From the NCBI RefSeq assembly GCF_006345805.1, contig NC_043000.1, forward strand, positions 114,390,001 through 114,454,000: a DNA stretch of 64,000 bases, written 5' to 3'. Origin of the DNA: Octopus sinensis. Taxonomy: Eukaryota. Shown piece by piece: positions 54,150-64,000 of the stretch. The notes beneath the pieces are model-generated. The model did not search any database. It saw only the letters and a list, made by a program, of their open reading frames with translations, and was not told where the DNA came from. Numbering within the stretch: the stretch's first letter is position 1; every line of letters starts with the position of its first letter. A program made the position numbers and the translations under genes.

Positions 54150-54622
54150 CTATAGGCACAAGGCCTGAAATTTGAGGGGAAAGGGATAGTCGAGTACATC
54201 GATCCCAGTGTTTCATTTGTCCTTAGCTTATCAGCTCTGAAAGGATGATAATAATGGGGAAAACCAAACCCAGCTGGATTTCAACTCGGAACATAAAGGG
54301 AGATAACCAAATAACACTATGTAACCCGGCAGTGATTCATCATTTAATATACACAACAATACAATCTCAAACTTGAGGTGGGGTGGGTGGGGAAAACTAA
54401 GTCTCTGAATGCTTTAATTATATAAAATAACGCAGTTTATGACGGACAATCTTTTATTGATTCAATTTTACATCATTTAACAATAAATCAGTTAATTACA
54501 GTTGATCTATTTTAATGAAACAGTTACTGTGTATCTTAATAGCTAGTAGGGACACGGTACTTCGTTTGCAACTCTAATACACAACCAAATTATTGGGTAG
54601 TCCTAGCTATGCTTACAAAATT

Positions 54623-54897
54623 GGTATCACAAGCGAACAGTGGTCCCGGTGCGCGCACTCGCGCTAGCTAGTCGTAAGTAGTCGATCCTACAACGACTTC
54701 CGCGTATGTTTGTATTTCAAGGCTGAATACATATCAAAGAAAATTAAATAATATTTTTCGAACAAAGTAAATAATTTTTTAAACTAAGTAAATAAATTAT
54801 TTTTATAAACAAACTAAGGTTAGGGTTAAAAAGTCGTTGTAGAATCGACTAGCTAGCGCGGATGCGCGCACCGGGACCACTGTTCGCTAGTAGTACC
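54623..54897. mobile_element. Second MITE of the same family
   Basis: Same TIR core GAACAGTGGTCCCGGTGCGCGCA; perfect 9-bp TSD TACAAAATT at 54614-54622 and 54898-54906. Confidence 0.85.
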
Positions 54898-55113
54898 TAC
54901 AAAATTACCCCAGCTGTGATTATCCTATCTTTTTGCACATCCCACACTAAATATCTAGGACTACATTATTCAACATGTTTATCATTTTCTTTTTGAGATC
55001 GTAGGATGATCTGAAGTGTCAGTATCATTAATTTAGTTTAGTAAATAACATCAACAAGGCAGAGAATACACATCTACGTAGTTCTAATGATAATGAAAGA
55101 AACACCAATTTAC

Positions 55114-55214
55114 CACGTTAAGTCTACTTCCTGCTCTTCATCTTCGTCGAAATCGTCGTCGTCGCCCGTCGCCCGGGAAAAAACTGGAAGAACTTCACCA
55201 AAGAATGTCGCCAT
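55114..55214 (-). CDS. PSMG1: Proteasome assembly chaperone 1, exon 1 (MATFFGEVLPVFSRATGDDDDFDEDEEQEVDLT)
   Basis: N-terminus resembles PSMG1 (MAATFFGEV plus acidic tract). ATG at 55214; donor TG|GTAAAT; phase 2 matches exon 2. Confidence 0.93.
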
Positions 55215-55248
55215 GTTAAATGAGAGAAGGGACAATAAACAATTGACA

Positions 55249-55258
55249 CCGCTTCCGG
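55249..55258 (-). promoter_or_regulatory. ETS-type motif (CCGGAAGCGG) just upstream of the PSMG1 ATG
   Basis: CCGGAAG core about 40 bp upstream of the start codon; typical of housekeeping promoters. Confidence 0.4.
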
Positions 55259-56008
55259 CGATTCTGCATAATGTAAGAGTTACTTCCCTTCCAATAGACA
55301 ATGGGAGATAGTTACCAGGGTCGCTAAACCAGCTAGAAATAGCAGTGAAATTGCCCTCAAGCAACACCCTAACGTCTTAAAAAATAGAAGAGAAAAATGA
55401 ATACACTGGATGATCTAGTCCCAAAGACATGTTGTATTTCCAAGGTGACCTTTCGAACTTTTAACGTGTAATATGACAGACAAAGCGAAACAAATTGCAC
55501 TGCTTGGAAGTGATGATGATGGTGTTGGGGAGGGTGGATGGAAGGAAGTTATTCTCAAACCAGAGACCTGTGAATGGATTCCATAAAAGCACCTTGCGAC
55601 CAGCTGGTAGAGTTAAACCGGGCAACGGATTAAGTTTGCAACCTAAGTAGAGAAGGACACGGTGGGATTTGATAGAACACAGGGAAATCCTTCGGTATTG
55701 GTAGACGATGTCATTCACCCACAGAATCTCCCCTCATGACATTGATAAAGTGCCTTAGTTGAAATAAAGGGTGAATGGCATCGTCTGCTTACACTGCCAT
55801 TCTGGCGGCATTTCGTCAGTCTTTACGTTCTGAGTTCAAATTCCGCCGAGGTCAACTTTGCCTTTCATTTTTTCGGGGTCGATTAAATAAGTACCAGTTA
55901 CGCACTGAGGTCGATGTAATCGACTTAATCCCTTTGTCTGTCCCTTCTATGTTTAGCCCCTTGAGGGCAATAAAGAAATATCGAAGGATCGCCGAACACA
56001 AAGTAATT

Positions 56009-56484
56009 CGTTTATTTTCTTACCAGAAAATGTCGAGTTGCACTAAATCAAGATCAAATGAGAATATCCCGCAAGAAATTTCTGTCAAATCTCCGGCTCT
56101 TTTACTGGAGGGGTTTTCTTTTTGTAGACCTCTACAAAAACTCCCTCTACGTTTAAAGTGTATTATTGGAAAATTAAATTGACTCCAGCACTATTTCACT
56201 GGTCCTTTCTTGAATCGGTCCAGAAAGACCAAAAGAAACTTGACTGACATGTGAATTCAGAACGTAAAGAAACAGTTACTAAATATCGTGGATGCTTTGG
56301 TCAATTCACTCCAACCGGAGTTTCCTTCGTGGTAGTAAGATGGGTAAAAATTCTGGAGAAATCTCAGATATCGTTGTTCCATTACTGTAACATTTCACAG
56401 ATTTGACAGAGAAGTTCCTTGTGGGATATTCTCATTTAATCTTGATTTAGTACAACTCGACATTTTCTGGTAAGAAAATAAACG
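56009..56484. repeat. Diverged ~85-bp inverted repeat (old MITE-like element)
   Basis: Arms 56009-56092 and 56399-56484 (CGTTTATTTTCTTACCAGAAAATGTCGAGTTG...); outer GATCGCC/GGCGATC. Confidence 0.75.
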
Positions 56485-56947
56485 TCATTTTGATGGAAAA
56501 ATTAAATGGCGATCTCCAGTGTGAGAAAATATCATTTTGGAATTAACAAAACATTCCTTATTTATCGCAATACCTTTAATTCTGGAATTAACGACAATGA
56601 AGTATCTTAGTATTATTATTGTCCTGAACGAGCTTATGGCTATCTTCAGAGGTAATTTCTGCCAATGTCTTTACACAGATGGTTTAGGAATCGTTTCAGT
56701 TGAATCAAGAGCAATGGATGAGGGGAGGTTGTTGTTGGTGGTGGTAGCAGAGGAAACGACGGCGGCGGCAGTGGTTTGCAGTGGTGGTGGTGGTGGTGGT
56801 TGGTGGTGGTGGTGGTGGTGCTGCTTGTTTAGCTCCAGCTCAGCTCTAACCAAATAGAATAAAGACGGTTGTGGAAATTTCCTTGCCTTTGTCACACTCT
56901 CCTTGGCACTACCTAGCACATGGTACCCCGGGTGACTGCCCGACTTG

Positions 56948-57149
56948 TCAGTACCTTGGGCCGGCCCTGCCGGCGTGGTAACGATTCTGCCAGCTAGCCA
57001 TCTTAAACATGACTCGCATGAAATTACGGACATTACAATGGACTCTTTCGAGGGAGAGATTGGCAGAGTAAACTGTAGGTAAACGGGAAACCACTGCTGT
57101 TGTTAGGTATGAAAACTCAGGGATCTTCAGAGGTTCGTGATTGCTGACG
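56948..57149 (-). CDS. Candidate terminal coding exon of an unidentified gene (GVSNHEPLKIPEFSYLTT...MFKMASWQNRYHAGRAGPRY*)
   Basis: Non-repetitive, GC-elevated open frame preceded by a pyrimidine tract and TTTTACAG. Protein not recognised. Confidence 0.4.
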
Positions 57150-57909
57150 CCTGTAAAACAAGCATGGCGCATGAAAAGAGAAGAGAGAGAAAATGATTTA
57201 TATAGATGAAGAGAGACGAGAGAGAGAGAGAGAATGATATGTAAAGAGAACTGGAAGAGAGAGAGAGAGAGGGGGCGGGGGGATGAGGAGACAGGGGAGA
57301 GAGAAAGAGAGAAGATAATGTACATAGATACGACAGAACAGAATATAGAAATTAGGACAATTTGTAAGAAAAGTCATTCGAGCGAAGCTTTGATGAAACA
57401 GAGAAAAAATGGGATTAATAAACTACTGCGTCTATTGTGCTATTGCTGCTGCCGTTGTTGTTGTTGTTGTTTGCTCGATTTAAACGGAATCTAAAACATT
57501 CCAGCTGTTGCGGTCCAGTTTTCCTTCAGGCATAGTGTATCTAGGGCTACATCATTCTGTGTATCCTACATCCAATTTTAAAATCTTGTAATTTAAGGGA
57601 AATATGGCTGTTGTTTCTAGCAGGCAAACGACCACGTTAAGTTGATATTTGTTAAACTCACTGAAACCTCAAGAATTCTAATGACTCAGGCTATTACGTT
57701 TTTCTTCTTTTTTTTATTTGTTTCAGTCTTTTGATTGCGGCTATGCTGGAGCACCGCCTTCAGTCGAGCAAATCGCTCCCAGGACTTATTCTTTCTAACC
57801 CTAGTACTTATTCTATCGGTCTATTTTGTCGAACCGCTAAGTTACGGGGACGTAAACACATCAAGCGATGTTGGTGGGGGGAAGGGGACAAACACAGACA
57901 CGCAAACAC

Positions 57910-57952
<43 letters not shown>

Positions 57953-58228
57953 TATACGACGGGCTTCTTTCAGTTTCCATCGACCAAATTCACTCACAAG
58001 GCTTTGGTCGGCCCGAGGATATAGTAGAAACACTTGCCTAAGGTGTCACGCAGTGGGACTGAACCCGGAATCATGTGGTTAGTAAGAAGCGAGCTACTTA
58101 CAACACAGCTACTCCTGCGCATATATAGTGTGTGTGTGTGTGTGTGTAAGAATATTGTTAGAGATAGAAACACCCACAACTTCATGAACTCCAAACGATA
58201 CTAACTCAACCAAGCCACACACACACAC

Positions 58229-58326
<98 letters not shown>

Positions 58327-58435
58327 CAAATAAGAAAATGGAGAAACAAATTTAGTTTGTTCAACTTTCGGATATTAGAATGTTGAATTATTTATTTATT
58401 TAACAAAATGAGAACCTTAATAGCATACATATATA

Positions 58436-58497
<62 letters not shown>

Positions 58498-58499
<2 letters not shown>

Positions 58500-58911
58500 T
58501 CTTTTACTCTTTTACTTGTTTCAGTCATTTGACTGCGGCCATGCTGGAGCACCACCTTTAATCGAGCAACTCGACCCCGGGACTTATTCTTTGTAAGCCC
58601 AGTACTTATTCTATCGGTCTCTTTTGCCGAACCGCTAAGTGACGGGGACATAAACACACCAGCATCGGTTGTCAAGCAATACTAGGGGGACAAACACAGA
58701 CACACAAACACACACGCACACACACACACACATATATATATATATACATATATACGACGGGCTTCTTTCAGTTTCCGTCTACCAAATCCACTCACAAGGC
58801 TTTGGTCGGCCCGAGGCTATAGTAAAAGACACTTGCCCAAGGTGTCACACAGTGGGACTGAACCCGTAACCATGTGGCTGGTAAGCAAGCTACTTACCAC
58901 ACAGCCACTCC
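58498..58911 (-). mobile_element. tRNA-derived CORE-like SINE, family A (representative copy; more than 12 copies in the window)
   Basis: A box TGGCTGTGTGG, B box GGTTCAGTCC, CORE-like CCTTGGGCAAGT, internal microsatellite and (GTAAAAGA)n tail. Other copies at ~2524, 5165, 13280, 15520, 17060-18107, 23283, 52331, 57715, 63705. Confidence 0.85.
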
Positions 58912-59937
58912 TATATATATATATATGTATATACACTTCGTGAAAATTTACAGAAAAACAAAAGACGAATACGAGTGTGTAAACAACAAACAGATGTATT
59001 AGTTTAACGCTTGGGAAGTGAGAAAGTCGTTTACGCATCGAACCTACGCTCTTCGATAGAAAGGGACACAGAAATAAAACAAGGAGAGAAAATAGAAAAA
59101 ACATATATATACGAAGGGCTTCTTTCAGTTTCCGTCTACCAAATCCACTCACAAGGATTTGGTCGGCTCGAGGTTATATTAGAAACACTTGCCCAAGATT
59201 CCACGCCACGCAGTGGGACTGAACCCGAAACCATGTGGTTGGTAAGCAAGCTACTTACCACACAGCCACTCCTGCGCCTTAAAGAATCAAAATTATCTTT
59301 AGTGATAAAGAATTTGTTAATTACCAGATGAATTAATTACAGAAACATCCACAACGTTACATCGCCACCACAATAGCGTAGCTTTTGATGGAAGGGCGTT
59401 CCCTTCCCGGGCAACGCTTTTAAGGGAACGGCACTTATGAGTGGGGCAGCACCTACGGGGGTCCCTACATAACTTTGGGGGCCTGGCGGGGGACAGCAGA
59501 GTCAATGGCTGTCCCGGGAGGGGGGGGTAGACACCAACATCATCCTCACATTCATTGGGAGTCAACGAGGAAACCTCTTTGTGGTAGCTTAAACGGCTAG
59601 AAATAGCAGCTAAATCTTCCTCAATTTACACCCCAGTATCTTAGGAAAGAACATGTTGAAGAATAATGTGATTCTAGCTTCCCTGCGTATGTGAGAAGGG
59701 CCGAAAGGTTACGGTTAGAATATCTTTGATCATTGGGCCTGCTTGGCTAACCTAGGGTTTAACAACAACATCACATTGTTTAAAATTTCTTTTTCTTTTT
59801 CTTTTTATTCTTTTTGTTGTAAATGCCTCCCTTCGATTTTTTTTCGCTTTATTTTTTTTTTATTTTTCGATCGTTATACAGCAACAATAACAATAACAAC
59901 AACGAAACCAAAAAGAATAATATTGTAAAAAAATACT

Positions 59938-59969
<32 letters not shown>

Positions 59970-60647
59970 CACCTCTTCATTACCCTCCCACCTACCCACA
60001 CGCAGCCAAGTGCCACCGCCACCGCCAACAACAACAACTTAAAACAGAACCAGACATTTGGAGCCCCCAACCACGATTATCATCATCATCATCAGCATCT
60101 TCAGCATCTTCAAGAACAGTAACAACAGCAACTTAAAGCAGGAGCAGAAATTTTGGGGAAAAAAAAGATTCCCCCCGCCGCCGCCACCCCTATCGTCATC
60201 ATCATCATCATCATCATTGTTAACAACAACAGTAGCAGTAGCAGCAGCAAAAATTGAAAATAAGGAGCCAGAGATTTTAGTAAAAATACGGTCATCGCCG
60301 CCGTCACCACTACCACCACCACCACCACCACCACTACAAACATTGCCACCACCGTCATCATCACTATCAGTCGCAGCAGTAGCAGCAGCAGCAGCAGCAG
60401 CAGCAGCATTATCAACAACGATAACAACAGCAGCAAGAATAAGAACGTGTCAGAAGACGAGAAAAAGAGAAAGACAAAGAAGAAGAAGAAGAAGAAGAAG
60501 AAGAAGAAGAAGAGAAGAGGAAGAAGAAGAAGAAGGGTTAAGAGTCTTTGTTTAGTCTCGTTTTACTGTGTGACGTCATAACAGTTTTTAAGTTAGCAAA
60601 CGGCTCCATATTTGGGTTGGAGATAGTTTTTTACCTTTCCAACAGAG

Positions 60648-61377
60648 AAGGGCCAGACAAGGACAAGTTGTACATCAGCAGTATTTTGGTAACTGCTAAT
60701 TAGCTTGTTAATTAAATCTGTTGTAAAACAAGAGCAACAGCGGTAATATGAGATGCTCCACAGCAGCAGTGACGCAACAGACACAACACTTTCGGCAGCC
60801 GTTAAAAACACACAACAACAGCTGACCAGTGACGCAACAGCAACATTACGTCATAGGCTGTGTCACAACTGTGTAAACAGGCGGACAATAATAGCATAAT
60901 AGCAACTACAAGAGATGACTAACAACTACATTGATAGCAACATAACACCAGGAGTAATACAACAAAACGGCACAACAATAGCTGACTAACAACTACAGTA
61001 CAAATAAGCCAATAATAGCACAGGAACATCATCATCATCAACAACGGCAATACAATAACGGGAGCGGCACAACAGCAGTGCAGCAACTTTGGTACAAAGA
61101 AAATAACAACAGTGCAACAACAGCTGGCTAACAACAATATCAACAACACTGCGATAACAACAGTGGCACAACAGGAACACCATAACAATAGGACAACAAT
61201 TGTAACACACACACACACACTGTCGGCTGCCGAAAGTGTTGTGTCTGTTGCGTCACTGCTGCTGTGGAGCATCTCATATTACCGCTGTTGCTCTTGTTTT
61301 ACAACAGATTTAATTAACAAGCTAATTAGCAGTTACCAAAGTACTGCTGATGTACAACTTGTCCTTGTCTGGCCCTT
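60648..61377. repeat. 154-bp near-perfect inverted repeat with a CAA-rich spacer (foldback/MITE-like)
   Basis: Arms 60648-60801 and 61224-61377; one mismatch seen; no TSD found. Confidence 0.9.
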
Positions 61378-62678
61378 TGAAATACAGGTACTACTTATTT
61401 TTACCAGATGAGTGAACTGGAGCAACGTGAAATAAAGTGTCTTGCTCAAGGACACAATGCGTCGCCGGAAATTCAGTGTCACACTGAATCTCCCTGACAA
61501 CTACGTTAAGGGCACACGTGTCTGTGGAGTGCTCAGCCACTTGCACGTTAATTTCACGAGCAAGCTGTTCCGTTGATCGTATCAGCTGGGACCCTCGTCG
61601 TCGTGACCGACAGAATGTTTCTATTTTAGTGACCGCGAAAGGGATGAAGGGCAAAGTCGACCTCGGCGAAATTTGGACTCAGAAAGTGAAAACGGATGAA
61701 ATGCCACTAAGCATTACTCGCCGCCTTACAAACAACTATAATAATCTTTTCAACTGTAGGCACAAGGCCTGAAATTTTTTGGTAGTGGGAGGTGGAGGGG
61801 GCTAGTCGATTGCACTGACACCAGTGCGTAACTGGTACTTCTTTTATCGACCCCGAAAAGAAGAAAGACATAGGCGACTTCTACGGAATTTGAACTCAGA
61901 ACGTAGACAGACGAAATACCTCTAAGCATTTCGCCCGGCGTTACTAACAATTCTTATTTCTTTATTGCCCACAGGGGGCTAAACATACAGGGGACAAACA
62001 AGGACAGACAAAGGGATTAAGTCGATTATATCGACCCCAGTGCATAACTGGTACTTATTTAATCGACCCCGATAGGATGAAAGGCATAGTCGACCTCGGC
62101 GGAATTTGAACTCAGAACGTATAGACAGACGAAATACCTATTTCTTGACAACCCACAAGGGGCTAAACACAGAGGGGACAGACAAACGGATTAAGTCGAT
62201 TATATCGACCCCAGTGCATAACTGGTACTTAATTTATCGACCCCGTAAGGATGAAAGGCAAAGTCAACCTCGGTAGAATTTGAACTCAGAACGTAATGGC
62301 AGACGAAATACGGCTAAGCATTTCGGCCGGCGTGCTAACGTTTCTGCCAGCTCGCCGCCTTTTAGTCTTTTCTACTTTAGGCACAAGGCCCGAAACTTTT
62401 GGGGAAGGAGCCAGTTGACTAGATCGACCCCAGTACGCAACTGGTACTTAATTTATCGACCCCGAAAGAATGAAAGGCAAAGTCGACCTCGGCGGAATAG
62501 GCTCAACAAATAATGAAAACGAAACAAACGAAAAGCTGGCAATTTCTGTATATGGTGACATGAAAAGAACCAATAATGAGATTCCGTGAAGAATAATGAG
62601 GTAAAAAAAAACAAACAAAAAACGCCGAGAAATATTGTCCGGAACGTCAGATCTCTTCCTACAGTACATAGTCTTATC

Positions 62679-62860
62679 TTATTTAACGGACGAACTGGTT
62701 TCCGTCGACGCAGGCCTTAACAGACTCTGTTTTTTCTCGCCCTGTGAATCCGATACTGCTTCGTTCGACAACAGCCCACGGTAGTCAATGTTAAGGGATA
62801 TTTTGTGAGTTAGCTGGTGGTCCGGGTCTGTCTGTATGATAATGTTCAACTCAGCCACAC
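62679..62860 (-). CDS. Candidate coding exon of an unidentified gene (DVSSVAELNIIIQTDPDHQLTHKISLNIDYRGLLSNE...SSVK*)
   Basis: Unique, CpG-retaining, protein-like ORF. Acceptor is weak and no homolog is recognised. Confidence 0.3.
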
Positions 62861-63316
62861 TGGATACGTCTACCGGTTTATCACACACGAGCAGACGAGA
62901 GAGTTACACAACAAATGCTGGTTTGCTTACATATCAACAGAAATATCATATTAATATATACAGCATGATTAAACACACGTGCTTATAATTTAATTCTATA
63001 TGAATTACACACACACACACACACACGCGCGCGCACACACACGCACAGACTTAGCGTAAAAGAACTAATAAGGTGTTAATGTCGGCGTGTAACGTAGCCG
63101 CGATAATCTTTTCATTCAGTTAATTTAGACGATATTATTTTTATCCTTCAAGATTTTATAACTGATATTATCTGCGTCAGTGAATTCTAAAGTACAGACG
63201 ACTTAATCAAACACACACGTACAATACATACATACATACATACATACATACATACATACATACATACGTACATACATACATGCATACATACATACATACA
63301 TTCATACATACATACA

Positions 63317-63347
<31 letters not shown>

Positions 63348-63630
63348 GTGTGTATGTCCCTACCTTTGAAACGCGGAGTAGATAAAACAGGGGACAACTG
63401 ATGAAGGGAATGTTCTTTATGTTGCCTGTCTCCTTTCTCTGTTTGTTTCTTTCGTTGTGCAAAAAAATGTTCGTTTTCTATGTTTTTGTTTTTTATGTTC
63501 TCGTTTCTCATTTGTCTACGTTTTTTTGATGTCCTGTACCCATATATGCAGGTATATACATATATATATGTAGGTATGTACATATATTTATGTATATATG
63601 CATATATGCATATATATGTATATATGTATG

Positions 63631-63677
<47 letters not shown>

Positions 63678-63927
63678 ATATATATATATATATAATATTC
63701 TTTTATTATTTCACTTGTTTCGGTCATTTGACTGCGGCCATGCTGGAGCGCCGCCTTTAGTCGAACAAATCGACCCCCCAGGACTTATTCCTTGTAAGTC
63801 TAGTAATTATTCTATCGGTTTCTTTTGCCGAACCGATAAGTTACGGGGACGTAAACACACCAACATCGGTTGTCAAGCGATGGTGGGATGATAAGCACAC
63901 ACACACACGCACTCTCACACACACACA

Positions 63928-63958
<31 letters not shown>

Positions 63959-64000
63959 CACCACACACACACACACACAACTTCAATGTCTGCGATGCAG

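Noticed and set aside
54815-54830. Telomere-like GGTTAGGGTT
   Set aside because: Only one complete TTAGGG unit inside a MITE; not an interstitial telomeric array.
55461-55718. 85-aa ORF upstream of PSMG1
   Set aside because: GTG start with a stop shortly upstream, no clear splice sites and no recognisable protein.
60058-60555. 165-aa ORF with poly-P/S/A/R/E runs
   Set aside because: Concatenated trinucleotide microsatellites with no ATG start or splice support.
63360-63400. GAAAC...GTA followed by CTGATGA (permuted hammerhead)
   Set aside because: Stems I and II do not pair convincingly; at most a degenerate remnant.

Overview
AT-rich, microsatellite- and SINE-dense eukaryotic DNA. The repeat families suggest an octopus/cephalopod genome, which is an inference. 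Two protein-coding genes can be read on the minus strand. The first is a complete six-exon PSMG1/PAC1 proteasome assembly chaperone (55214->41717, 267 aa, all GT-AG junctions in phase). The second is the first coding exon of an LRCH-family gene (28220->28049), with no exon 2 recognised to its left. Two further exon-like segments (56948-57149, 62679-62860) are unidentified. PSMG1 intron 4 holds an apparently full-length ~5 kb CR1-group LINE with a tandem-monomer 5' region, an unusual Myb/SANT + CCCH ORF1, and a 3' stem-loop shared with the dominant SINE. The rest is CORE-, Meta- and V-type SINEs, RTE LINE 3' ends, two mariner relics, Helitron and GG-ended MITEs, and several long inverted repeats. 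The most notable items are several minimal hammerhead-ribozyme motifs in Penelope-like remnants (one pair in an 82-bp-arm palindrome) and a 5S rRNA copy fused to a SINE. All calls were made by eye, with no database searches.
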